In this document: positions 49,366-59,084 of the stretch, piece after piece
Position numbering within the stretch: position 1 is the first letter of the stretch
Layout of the letters: each line of letters starts with the position of its first letter
Assembly (NCBI GenBank): GCA_963712745.1
Contig: CAVQJC010000015.1
Location: 32,001 to 96,000 of the forward strand
Direction of reading: 5' to 3'
DNA: 64,000 nucleotides
Source: an uncultured Chloroflexia bacterium
Lineage (GTDB): Bacteria; Chloroflexota; Limnocylindria; Limnocylindrales; CSP1-4
Position numbers and translations under genes: made by a program
Notes under the pieces: generated by a model
Told to the model about the DNA's origin: nothing
Seen by the model: the letters and a program-made list of their open reading frames with translations, nothing else
Database searches by the model: none

Positions 49366-49526
49366 TCGCGGGGTCGCAGGTACCTGATCGCGGGACCGAG
49401 CATGGGTGAGCGGTCCTGTCCCACGGGGCACCGATGGTCCGCCTTGCCCGTTCTTCCCGATAAGGGTACGGTCCAAACCTCACAGAACCGCACACCTGTC
49501 GATTCCCCGCAAACGAGGAACGTCCC

Positions 49527-52418
49527 ATGTCGTCTGGGGCCTGCCGCGCCCTCGTCGCGCTGCTGCTCACGCTCGTCGCCACGGTGGTGATGGCTATGCC
49601 TGTCGCCGCCAAGGTCGATGCACTCGACGAAGAGTCCGCCGTGACCTACCGGGTCCGCCCCGACAAGGGCAGCATCGACGTGAGCGTCGTGCTCACCCTC
49701 GAGACGCTCGGCCAGAACCGATTCCCGGCGCAGGAGTGGGGACCGCTCGTGATCGAGAACCGGCCCGTGCGGCCGGAGGTCGGCCCGGGCTTCAAGCGCA
49801 TCGAAGGTCCCGCCCTGCCCGGGCCGTGGAAGGAGACCTGGCTCGAGACCCCCAAGATCGAGGGCGGCGGCAACAGCAGGAACACCGTCCTGCGGTACAG
49901 GATCAACGCGCGGCCAAACCTCGACGAGACCCGCAAGGCCGATACGCCGGCACGTGTCGACGAGAGCTATGTCTACTTCTGCGTGGTCGGCCAGGACACC
50001 GACCGCGGCTCGGTGACCGTCAGGATCGACGATGCCAAGCAGTGGCGGCTGACCCAGTCGGGCACCAGGCTGGAGGCCACCAGTAGCGGCTTCAAGTCGG
50101 GCCCAAGCCGCGTTCCCCGCGAGATCTTCACCTGCTTCGAGGGCACCCGCGACGACGAGCTCGCGACCGACACGTTCGTGGGCCCGGCCGATCGACCGGT
50201 CAGCCTGCAGGCCTGGGCCAAGGACCCCCCCTGGCTCGTAGCTGCCGACAACCTCTCCAAGCCGGTGCTCGACGAGATCCATCGCTTCCTCGGACACGAC
50301 ATCCCCGGCAGCGGCCCCGTCGTCATCCGTGAGGCGCCCGATCGCGTCATCGGCGGTTACGCCAGCGCCCACGACACCCCCGGCGTCGTGCAGCTCGACG
50401 AACGCGGCGGCACCGAGGACGCCGAACACCAGCTGGCCCACGCCTGGTTCGGCACGGACAACTTCAACGAGCTCTGGCTGCGCGAGGCCATGGCCGAGTG
50501 GACCGCGACCGCCATGCCCAGCGGCCCCACCTCCGGCGAGGTCTGTGCGGCGGTCGGCCCCAACACGCTCGGGCTCGATCTGTCCGACTGGCAGGTCGTG
50601 CAACCCACATCGGGCGCCGACTACGAGGAGATCATCGCCGCCCAGGAGTTGGCGGCGTGCGGCATCGTCAGCGCCGTGGCCGAGCGCATGCCCGAGGAGC
50701 TGTGGCTCGAGGTCATCGGCTCGATGCTCGCGGGCGAGACCAAGTACATCGGCAGCGCCGGACCGGAGATCGGCGTCAGCGCCGTGGTCGACTACCGTGA
50801 ATGGCTCGACGCGGTCGATGAGCGCGGTCTCATCCCGGCCGCGGCCGATCCGGCCTACAGCGCCAACCTCGAAGACCTGGACTTCGCCCAGGACCTGCTC
50901 GACGAGTACGGTATCCCCAGCAGCGCACCCGAGCTGGCCGCGCGCGCGGAAGCCCGCGCCTACTACCACCAGTTCCTGGCCGATGCCCCCATCGGAGCGC
51001 CCCACGTCGTGCGCAAGGCCATGGACGACTGGCGTTTCGCAGACGCCACGGCCGCGCTCGACACCGCCTACGAGGTGTACCAGGCGCTGACCGAGGCCGA
51101 CGAGCTGCTGCCGACCACCAACCTCATCCCCATCATCCAGCCCCGCTTCGAAGCCGCTCGCAGCGAGGACGAGCTCGAAGCGGTGGGCAAGGAGACATTC
51201 GACCTGCTCGAAGGCGCGACCAGCGTCTTCGGCCCGCTGGGCGACCTCCAGTCGGCACTACCGCTCGGCTGGCAGATGCCCGCGGCCGTGCGCACCGCCA
51301 TCGCCGACCAGCGCTTCGACGACATCATGACCGCCATCACGCCGGCCATCGAGGGGGCCCAGGAAGTGGCCGCGGCGGACGCAGCCTTGCCTGAGGCCGG
51401 GCTGCTCGAGAAGTACAAGGTCCGCTACGAGAACACCACCACGGCCAACAAGCTCGCCGAGCTGGCCGGTGTCGCCGCCAAGGAGCGCGAGGACGCAGAG
51501 CGAGCTGGACGCGCCTACGGCTTCCTGCGCAACGAGGTCGGCGACTGGCAGATCCCGCCGGCGGTAACGAGCGCCGTGGAGAAGGGCCAGATCCGACCGG
51601 CCACGCTGATCATCGAGGATGCGCGGGCCGTGGTCAGCGCGGCGAAGGCAGCCGATCTGGCGCTGGAAGACGCCAACCTGCGGAGCGAGATGCAGCCGCG
51701 CTTCGAGGCCATCGAGACGGGCGCCGACATGGCCGCCCTGCGCCTGGAGGCCGAGACGCGACGCGACGAGGCCGTGGCCGTGGGCAACGCCCTGAGCACG
51801 CTCAACACGCTGGTGCCCACGTGGCAGCTGCCCTCGGTGGTCGCAGACCCCGTCGACGCCGGCGACTTCGCCACCGCCGCGCTGACGGCCGCGGCCGCTC
51901 AGAAGTGGATCAAGGCCGCATATCAGGCGGACCAGGACCTGCCCGAGCTCAAGGCCATGGAGAGGACCAAGCCGAGCTACGAAAGCGCCTCCAGCCTGCC
52001 GGACCTCGAGCAGGGAGCTGAGCTGGCCGAGGACTGGGCCCAGGCCGCCTTCCGCGTGAACCAGGCCATGACCGAGGCCGCCAAGGACCGGGACCTGCTC
52101 ACGAGCTTCGGCCTCTGGGGCGTGGACGTCCAACCGACCCTCGACGCCGCCCTGCAAGCGGCCATCGCGGGCGACGTGCCGGAGGCACTCGCCCTCTCGG
52201 GCGAAGTCCTGTCAGTGCTCGAGGGCGGATCGGCGAGCGGCTCGCTGCGCCTGGCCGGCCTCGTCTTCTTCGGGATCGCCGTGCTCGGCGTGCTCGGCCT
52301 GTGGATCATCCTGCGCCGACAGGCCGGTCCATCGTGGGCCCGCTCGTCGAAGCCGCACTGGATGGAAGGAGGCGGCAAGCGCGGCTTGCTGGGCCGGGGC
52401 AAGAAGAAGGACGACTGA
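49527..52418 (+). CDS. Large surface protein: signal peptide, gluzincin/M1-like domain with HQLAH, four ~92-aa helical repeats, C-terminal TM anchor
   Basis: EHQLAHAWF...ELWLREAMAEW; repeats W.(M/I/L)P..V......F....AD..L.....(F/Y)E; TM then basic tail. Confidence 0.75.
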   Translation: MSSGACRALVALLLTLVATVVMAMPVAAKVDALDEESAVTYRVRPDKGSIDVSVVLTLETLGQNRFPAQEWGPLVIENRPVRPEVGPGFKRIEGPALPGPWKETWLETPKIEGGGNSRNTVLRYRINARPNLDETRKADTPARVDESYVYFCVVGQDTDRGSVTVRIDDAKQWRLTQSGTRLEATSSGFKSGPSRVPREIFTCFEGTRDDELATDTFVGPADRPVSLQAWAKDPPWLVAADNLSKPVLDEIHRFLGHDIPGSGPVVIREAPDRVIGGYASAHDTPGVVQLDERGGTEDAEHQLAHAWFGTDNFNELWLREAMAEWTATAMPSGPTSGEVCAAVGPNTLGLDLSDWQVVQPTSGADYEEIIAAQELAACGIVSAVAERMPEELWLEVIGSMLAGETKYIGSAGPEIGVSAVVDYREWLDAVDERGLIPAAADPAYSANLEDLDFAQDLLDEYGIPSSAPELAARAEARAYYHQFLADAPIGAPHVVRKAMDDWRFADATAALDTAYEVYQALTEADELLPTTNLIPIIQPRFEAARSEDELEAVGKETFDLLEGATSVFGPLGDLQSALPLGWQMPAAVRTAIADQRFDDIMTAITPAIEGAQEVAAADAALPEAGLLEKYKVRYENTTTANKLAELAGVAAKEREDAERAGRAYGFLRNEVGDWQIPPAVTSAVEKGQIRPATLIIEDARAVVSAAKAADLALEDANLRSEMQPRFEAIETGADMAALRLEAETRRDEAVAVGNALSTLNTLVPTWQLPSVVADPVDAGDFATAALTAAAAQKWIKAAYQADQDLPELKAMERTKPSYESASSLPDLEQGAELAEDWAQAAFRVNQAMTEAAKDRDLLTSFGLWGVDVQPTLDAALQAAIAGDVPEALALSGEVLSVLEGGSASGSLRLAGLVFFGIAVLGVLGLWIILRRQAGPSWARSSKPHWMEGGGKRGLLGRGKKKDD

Positions 52419-52545
52419 CCGCCGGCCCCGCGCAACCGACGCGGCGGCCTCCGTCAGGTTCCGCCGGGCACGTCCTGACGACGGAGCGGACATCAGGCGA
52501 CTGGCGCTGCGCGCCAAGCGCCACTGGGAGATCCGGCCGCCCCGT

Positions 52546-54444
52546 TCAGCGGTCGAGGCTGGCGAAGCCTTCGATGACGACGCCCGTGCCTGAGGAGGCC
52601 GGGTCACTGCTGTCGGTGGGTTCGATCTCGATGGTGTGCTCCCCGCCTCCGAGGTCCAGCACGAGGATGACCTCGGGCTCACCCACCTCGGGTGCATAGA
52701 GGTCGATGAGCGCCACCGCGTCGCCGTCGAGCAGTACCGCCGCGCGACCTAGGTCGGGACCGCGACGGGCGATGATGCCAGCCTGATCGGCGTTGACCAT
52801 CGTGGTCGGCTGGTCACCGTTCGCAGGCACGTCGGAGACCGTGACGCTGTCAGAGGTGGCGCGAGCAGTGTTGCCGGCACCGTCCGCGGCGATGGCGGTG
52901 ACGGTGCAGTCGCCGCCAGGCGTGATGAACGCTTCGGCCTCCCAGCTCGCCTGCTGACCGGGCTCGGCGGAACCGGGCGCCTCCGTCCGCCTCACGCGGT
53001 CGTCACCACAGCCGACCGCGACCGTGGCATCGGACAGGCCGGCCATGGCATCGCGCGCGTCCCAGCGAACCGCCACGGGGATGCCGCCGTCGAGGCTGCC
53101 CTCACGCAGCGCGACCGTGAGCCCGGAGAGATCCGGCGGGGTCTGGTCCACGATGATGCTGTCGCTGACCACCGCAGAGCGAAGCCCGGGACCGTTGCGG
53201 AACTGGGCGAAGACCGCGTGCTCCCCTTCCGTGGCGGGGATGGGCGCGGTCGGAGTGCCGCGGATCTGACTCCATTTCGACCAAGTCTCACCGTCTGGCG
53301 AAGTGCGGATGTGGCTGGCATCGCGACCGCCCAGGTCGAGCTCGACGTCGCCGCCCGCGGTGGCCACGGCTCCACCGGCGATGGAGAACGGCCGCAGCTT
53401 GAGCTGGCGCAAGTCCCGCTTGGTGCCACCGAAGAAGTTGCCGTCAAGACGCCCGACCCCGGGGATGCGCGACAAGCCCGTCTGCCAGAACGTCCAGCCG
53501 TCCCAGCCTGGCGCGAGGTCCGGCGGTGCGTCGCAGCCCCAGCAAGCGGCCCACAGCGGCTGCTGCTCGAAGCCCTCGGCGTTACCTACCACCTCGCGCC
53601 ACATATGCACGGAGGTGTAGATCACCGGCATGCGACCGATGCGCTCGTAGACGCGCGCAACGAAGTCGCGCAGCCGCGTGGCGGAGACGGCGTGGATAGA
53701 CGCGCCGATGGGCTTCCAGCATTCCACGTCCACGACCGGAGGGAGCGCATCCACGATGCCTCCTGCGGCCTCGACGCGGTCGAGGAAGTGATCGGCTTGC
53801 TCTCGACCGTCGAGCGTGTAGTCGAAGAAGTGGTAAGCGCCCGCGGCCAGGCCGGCTGCACGTGCCCGGGCCAGGTTGGTCGGGAACATGGGGTCGACGA
53901 AGTCGTTGTCCTGGGTAGCCTTGATGTAGACGAAGCGATGGCCGGCTGCCTTGACCTTGCCGTAGTCGATGTCGCCGTTGTGGTGGCTGACGTCGATGCC
54001 CGTGATGAACGTGGACTTCGCGGTCGGGGCCGAGACCGGCGCCGCGCCCGACTCGATCTGAGAGACAGGCACGTCGGTGGCCGCTACCAGGGCGAACGCG
54101 CCGGCCTCGGGCACAGGTGAGGCGTCGGGGCCGACCGATGGTTCCTCGGTCGTATCCGTCGAGGCGGCTTCGGCGGCCGGGCCCTCGGAGGGCACCGGTG
54201 ACGGGGTCGGTTCTGCGCCCGGTGGCCAGGGCGGATCCTTTGGCAGCCCCGGGCCCTTGTACTTGCGGGTACCGGCCTGGCAGCCGATGCCCTTGCCGGC
54301 CGCGTCGTAGACCGTCTCGGGATCGGGCTCGGCCGGCTGCAGGGCAGCACGAACCGGCGAAGGGCCGACCAAGAGAGGCCCAGGCAGAAGCAGCAGGATC
54401 ATCGTCAACGCCTGGGCGAGCGCGACGACACGGCGAAACGTCAT
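52546..54444 (-). CDS. GH25 lysozyme/muramidase with C-terminal beta domains
   Basis: GIDVSHHNG, YIKATQ, GAYHF, PPVVDVE, WTFWQ, LDGN. Confidence 0.9.
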   Translation of the reverse strand: MTFRRVVALAQALTMILLLLPGPLLVGPSPVRAALQPAEPDPETVYDAAGKGIGCQAGTRKYKGPGLPKDPPWPPGAEPTPSPVPSEGPAAEAASTDTTEEPSVGPDASPVPEAGAFALVAATDVPVSQIESGAAPVSAPTAKSTFITGIDVSHHNGDIDYGKVKAAGHRFVYIKATQDNDFVDPMFPTNLARARAAGLAAGAYHFFDYTLDGREQADHFLDRVEAAGGIVDALPPVVDVECWKPIGASIHAVSATRLRDFVARVYERIGRMPVIYTSVHMWREVVGNAEGFEQQPLWAACWGCDAPPDLAPGWDGWTFWQTGLSRIPGVGRLDGNFFGGTKRDLRQLKLRPFSIAGGAVATAGGDVELDLGGRDASHIRTSPDGETWSKWSQIRGTPTAPIPATEGEHAVFAQFRNGPGLRSAVVSDSIIVDQTPPDLSGLTVALREGSLDGGIPVAVRWDARDAMAGLSDATVAVGCGDDRVRRTEAPGSAEPGQQASWEAEAFITPGGDCTVTAIAADGAGNTARATSDSVTVSDVPANGDQPTTMVNADQAGIIARRGPDLGRAAVLLDGDAVALIDLYAPEVGEPEVILVLDLGGGEHTIEIEPTDSSDPASSGTGVVIEGFASLDR

Positions 54445-54492
54445 GTCAGGCGACTGAGCCTACCGGCAGCGCCCGAATCGCGCAGGCGGACG

Positions 54493-57400
54493 CTAGCGCG
54501 CGCGGATCCCCAGGGCATCGGCGGCGGCGGACGAAGCACCACCGGAGGACCGGGCCGCCAGCACCTCATCGAGGCGTTCCAGCAGCACTGGCGACTTGAT
54601 GACCTCGAAACGCTCCCGGACCTCATCCGCCCAGCCATCGATCGAGTGCTCATCAGGCAAGAGCCCCAGCGCGTCCAGCTGGGTGAGGGCCACGTACATG
54701 CGTGAGCCGTTGAGCCCGAAACGCTCGACCGCGCCCTCGAATCCCGCAAGAGCATCCTCGCTCCGGCCCTCGAGGGCCGCGATCCCGGCGCGGCCGAGGG
54801 AGGTGGCACCCTCGACGTAGTTACCCGCGTAGAACTCGTACTCCATCTCGGCGAGACCCTGGCGAGCCGCCTCCAGGTCGCGCGCGAAGTGAGAGGCCAG
54901 CATCAGTCCGATACGGCCCTCGGTCGTGTTCTGCGACTGCACGCTGATGGCCTCGCGATAGGTGCGCACGGCCTCAGCCGGACGTCCCGCGGCCAGTGCC
55001 TCGTGGCCCGGCAGGAGGCGATGCCAGAACAACATGTCCGGGTCCGTGGTCTCCACTTCCAGGCCGGTACGCCGCTCTCGTATCTCGGTCGCGTCTTCGC
55101 CACGCCACACCTGGAACAACTCGATATTGAGCATCAGTCGCTCGCGGTCGATGTTCGACAGGCTGCCCGAGAGCTCGGCCTCCACGTCGCGAATGGCGGT
55201 GTCCCAGTCGAGTCCCTCGAAGAACGCGCCCACGCCGATGGCTCCCGCCAGCCACGTCGACATCTGGCGGATGCCCAGCCGGGTCGCCAGCTGGTACGTC
55301 TCCCGCGCCACTCGGATCGAGGCTATGCCATCTTCATTGAACTGGGTGGCAGCGAGGTTGTTGCGGGCCCGCAGCTCGAGTGCGATGTCCCCCGCCTCAT
55401 GCGCCAGCTCGATGGCAGCGGCCATGAGCACGACGGGCTCCTTGAGCCGCCTCATCCCGCCGAGTGCGGCTGCCTTGTTGACGAAGGCCTCGGCGATGAT
55501 GCGTGTGAGCTTGCGTGGCTCGGCGATGGCGAGGGCCTCGTCAGCGGTCGCCACCGCCGCCTCCATCTGGATCAGCCGCATGTGCGCTCGTGACAGGCGG
55601 GCCAGCATGTGCGCGCGGTACTCGTCGTCCTCGGAACGGTCGGCCTTCTCGATGGCTGTGCGCAGGAACTCGACCGTCTCCTCCAGTCGCGAGGCATCGG
55701 CCAGGATGCCACCCATGAGTGCCGAGGTACGGGCGGCGCCCGTCCGGTCACCAGCCTCCTCGTACCTGGCGATGGCGTCATAGCCCAGCTCGATGGCCTC
55801 CTCGTAGCGGCCCTCGAGATCGGCGGCGGTCGCAGCCCGCTCGAGGAGATCGGCGCGCTCGCCGGCATCGTCGGTGATGCCCAGCGCCTGCTCCAGCAGC
55901 ACGATGGCCTGGTCGGTGGCCCCCAGGTCGGCCGCACGCTCGGCCGCACCCTTGAGCGCGAGGCGCGCCTGGATCCGCAGCGCGTCCGCCTCGGGGCCCG
56001 GATCGGATGCCTCGAAGGCGGCAAGGTAGTGCGTTGACAGGACCCCGGCAAGCTCGTCGTCACCGAGGCCCTCGAAGTAGCGCGCGGCCGCGAGATGCCT
56101 GGCCCGGCGATCGCGACGGCTGAGCGTGTCGTAGGCCACCTCGCGGATGACCGACTGGACGAAGCCGTACTGGCCGCGCTCGGGCGAACGGGGATCGACC
56201 GAGATCTCGAGGAGCTCGCGCTTAGCCAATGAGCGCAGACGAGGCTCGAGCACCGACTCCTCCTGGCCGTAGATGGCGGCGATCGCTTCGGCAGCGAAGG
56301 TCTTGCCCAGCACCGCGGCGTCCTGGAGCAGGACCCGGTCGGAGCCCTCGAGTGCATCGAGACGCGAGGCGATGAGCGCCCGCAACGAGTCGGGCATGGC
56401 CAACTCGCCCAGGTCGCCGGAGGGACGGAACGTGCCGTCGTCGTTGGCCAGCAGCCGCCCATCGGCCACGAGCATGCGCACGGTCTCGACCGCGTACATC
56501 GGGATGCCGTCGGCGCGGGCGAGGATGGTCTCGATCGTTTCGCCTGGCAGATCCGGCACCAGGCCGCGCAACAGGTCGCGCATGTTGGCATCGGTCAGCG
56601 GTTCCAGTCCGATGGTGTTGAACGAACGCGCGCTCGTGCCCCATCCGGGCCGGCGCTCGAGCAGGTCCGGCCGCGCCAGCGTCACCACCAGCAGGGGCAC
56701 GCCCTTGGCCCACTCCATGACGTGGTCGATGAAGTCGAGCTGCCCCCCGTCGGCCCACTGCAGGTCTTCGAACAGCAGGACCGTGATGCCGCGAGTGGCG
56801 ATGCGCTCGAAGAAGATGCGCCAGGCCGCGAAGAGCACCTCGCGACCACCGGCCGGTGGTGGCTCGAGGCCGAGCAGCGTGAGCAGCGCCGGCTCGACCC
56901 AGTCGCGGTCCTTGTCGTCCGGCACCCACTCGTCGACGGTCTCATGGATGCGGCGCCGGGTCGTCTCCTCGTCGTCGCCCTCGAGCAGACCCGCTCGCTT
57001 GCGCACCATCTCGCCCAGCGCCCAGAAGGTGACACCCTCGCCGTAGCTGGGGGCGCGCCCACGATGCCAGTAGACCTCCTCCACGAGCCCGTCGACGTAC
57101 TTCTCGAACTCCCAGGCGAGCCGGCTCTTACCGATGCCGGCTGGGCCGGTGATGGAGATGAGACGAGGCCGCTGCTCGTCACCGATGGCGTGCAGCACGT
57201 CCTTGAGCAGGCGCAACTCGACCTCACGACCGACGAAGGGCGGCTCCAGGCCCTCTCCCCGGCTGCGGCCACCGCGTTCGCCGACGACGCGCAGCGCGCG
57301 CCAGGCGGGAACCGGGGCGGCCTTGCCCTTGAGCAGCTGCTCGCCGGCCACCTCGAAGGCGATGGCGCCCGAGGCGGCCTGCATCGTGGCCTCTCCGACC

Positions 57401-58050
57401 AGCACCGTGCCAGGCGGCGCCGCTCCCTGGAGGCGGGCAGCAGTGTTGACCAAATCGCCCGCGACCATGCCCTGGTCGGTCGCGCCGACGGTGACGGCGG
57501 CTTGGCCGGTGAGCACGGCCACGCGCGCCTCAAGGCCCTCGCCCAGGTTGCGCACAGCCTCGGCTACCTCCAGCGCGGCGCGGACCGCTCGCTCAGCATC
57601 GTCTTCATTGGCGCGCGGCGCGCCCCAGGCGGCCATCACGGCATCGCCGATGAACTTCTCCACGTGGCCACCGTGGTGCTCGATGGTGTGGCGCGTGGCC
57701 TCGAAGTAGCGCGTCAACGTCTCCCGGACGAGCTCGGGATCGCGGCCCTCGGAGTACTGGGTGAAGGCCACCAGGTCTGCGAAGAGGACCGAGACCAGGC
57801 GACGCTCTGCGATGGCGCCAGCAGCCGGCGTGGGGGTGGGCCGGTATCGCGCGGGCGAAGGCCACGCCGACGGACTCAGTGCCTGGCCGCAGTCACCACA
57901 GAAGCGAGCGCCAGGTCGGTTCTCAGCGCCGCAGTCGGGGCAGCCTGGGGCCAGGCTGGCGCCGCACTGGTCGCAGAAGCGGCGGCCAGCCGTGTTCTCG
58001 GCGGAGCATTTCGCGCAGGTGATGATGACCGGGCTCTCCCCTTCCCCCAC
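54493..58050 (-). CDS. Double zinc ribbon-adenylate/guanylate cyclase-STAND ATPase-TPR protein
   Basis: Four CxxC; ERRLVSVLFADLV, KFIGDAVMA, VNTAARLQ; GPAGIGKSRL, EDLQWAD. Confidence 0.93.
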   Translation of the reverse strand: MGEGESPVIITCAKCSAENTAGRRFCDQCGASLAPGCPDCGAENRPGARFCGDCGQALSPSAWPSPARYRPTPTPAAGAIAERRLVSVLFADLVAFTQYSEGRDPELVRETLTRYFEATRHTIEHHGGHVEKFIGDAVMAAWGAPRANEDDAERAVRAALEVAEAVRNLGEGLEARVAVLTGQAAVTVGATDQGMVAGDLVNTAARLQGAAPPGTVLVGEATMQAASGAIAFEVAGEQLLKGKAAPVPAWRALRVVGERGGRSRGEGLEPPFVGREVELRLLKDVLHAIGDEQRPRLISITGPAGIGKSRLAWEFEKYVDGLVEEVYWHRGRAPSYGEGVTFWALGEMVRKRAGLLEGDDEETTRRRIHETVDEWVPDDKDRDWVEPALLTLLGLEPPPAGGREVLFAAWRIFFERIATRGITVLLFEDLQWADGGQLDFIDHVMEWAKGVPLLVVTLARPDLLERRPGWGTSARSFNTIGLEPLTDANMRDLLRGLVPDLPGETIETILARADGIPMYAVETVRMLVADGRLLANDDGTFRPSGDLGELAMPDSLRALIASRLDALEGSDRVLLQDAAVLGKTFAAEAIAAIYGQEESVLEPRLRSLAKRELLEISVDPRSPERGQYGFVQSVIREVAYDTLSRRDRRARHLAAARYFEGLGDDELAGVLSTHYLAAFEASDPGPEADALRIQARLALKGAAERAADLGATDQAIVLLEQALGITDDAGERADLLERAATAADLEGRYEEAIELGYDAIARYEEAGDRTGAARTSALMGGILADASRLEETVEFLRTAIEKADRSEDDEYRAHMLARLSRAHMRLIQMEAAVATADEALAIAEPRKLTRIIAEAFVNKAAALGGMRRLKEPVVLMAAAIELAHEAGDIALELRARNNLAATQFNEDGIASIRVARETYQLATRLGIRQMSTWLAGAIGVGAFFEGLDWDTAIRDVEAELSGSLSNIDRERLMLNIELFQVWRGEDATEIRERRTGLEVETTDPDMLFWHRLLPGHEALAAGRPAEAVRTYREAISVQSQNTTEGRIGLMLASHFARDLEAARQGLAEMEYEFYAGNYVEGATSLGRAGIAALEGRSEDALAGFEGAVERFGLNGSRMYVALTQLDALGLLPDEHSIDGWADEVRERFEVIKSPVLLERLDEVLAARSSGGASSAAADALGIRAR

Positions 58051-58208
58051 TCAGGTCGGGCAGGGTACCCGAAACGCGGCCACAAGGACCAGCAGGCGGG
58101 TCAGCGTTCCTGCAGTCCGCGCAGGAGCATCGAGACCACAGACGCGCGCGGATCCGGCTCCACCAGCCAGCCGGATGGCTGAGCCGGGTTCGATGATGCC
58201 CTCGAGTG

Positions 58209-59009
58209 CTACTCGTCCGCTTCGGGGTCGCGTGGAGGTGGTGGCGGTGCGCCCGGAGGAGGTGCGCCCGGAGGAGGTGGGCCCGGAGGAGGTGGCACGT
58301 TCGAGGCCGGGGGCCTGGGTAGATGGCCCGGGGCACCCGCGGCCGGGGGCCTGGGTAGATGGCCCGGTGGACCCGATACCGCTCCGGGCGGAGCGGGCGC
58401 ATAGCCCGGTGGTGGGGGGCCCACTGGCGGCGGAGCCATCGGCCGGGCGGGCGGTGGAGGAGCGGGTGGCGCAGCGCCCGCTGGAGGAGCAACTCCTGGC
58501 GGTGGGGGCGCAGACCCGGGTGGGACGGGCGGAGGCCCAGCAGGTGGCATGGCCTGCCCGGTCGGATCAGCGCCCGGAAGCAGCTCGTCCCACGAATCCT
58601 CGGTCAGACGCCGGCCTCCGACGGCAGAGATGCCGCGCCGCTCGGGCTCACGGATGGGATGCACAGACGGCGTAGAGGCACCGGACTGCGCTCCGGGGAC
58701 GGGCGGCGGTGCCGGGGGCGCACCGGAGGGCACGTCGTCGTAGATGTCATCCCGCGCCTCCACATCGAAGCGCTCCATGATGCTGGGCGCGTCTTCGGTC
58801 TCGATGGGGTCGGGCTTGGTGATATCGCCGAGCTGCGAGAGGTCGACCGTGATGCCGACGCGCTGCTGGCCACCTGCGACCTGGCTGTACTGATCGTCGA
58901 ACAGTCGCGCGCTCGCTGACTTCGCCTCTCGACACTTGTAGCACTTGTTGGCCGGCAGGTCGTTCAGACTGCTGCAGCCTTCGCAGATCCACCACTTGGC
59001 CCTTCCCAT
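58209..59009 (-). CDS. RanBP2-type zinc finger protein with a Pro-rich tail
   Basis: WICEGCSSLNDLPANKCYKC fits W-x-C-x2-C-x3-N-x6-C-x2-C. Confidence 0.7.
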   Translation of the reverse strand: MGRAKWWICEGCSSLNDLPANKCYKCREAKSASARLFDDQYSQVAGGQQRVGITVDLSQLGDITKPDPIETEDAPSIMERFDVEARDDIYDDVPSGAPPAPPPVPGAQSGASTPSVHPIREPERRGISAVGGRRLTEDSWDELLPGADPTGQAMPPAGPPPVPPGSAPPPPGVAPPAGAAPPAPPPPARPMAPPPVGPPPPGYAPAPPGAVSGPPGHLPRPPAAGAPGHLPRPPASNVPPPPGPPPPGAPPPGAPPPPPRDPEADE

Positions 59010-59084
59010 GGGTACAGGATAGCGAGCCCACAGCCACCTTCACCGCACCACACGACAACGCGCTCCCACCCGAAAGGCACCGCC

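Noticed and set aside
49476-49494. AACC(T/G)CACA direct repeat as a response-regulator box
   Set aside because: Only one imperfect pair and no adjacent regulator; too weak to call.
52546-54444. Prophage endolysin
   Set aside because: Has a signal peptide and accessory domains, with no holin, structural or integrase genes nearby.
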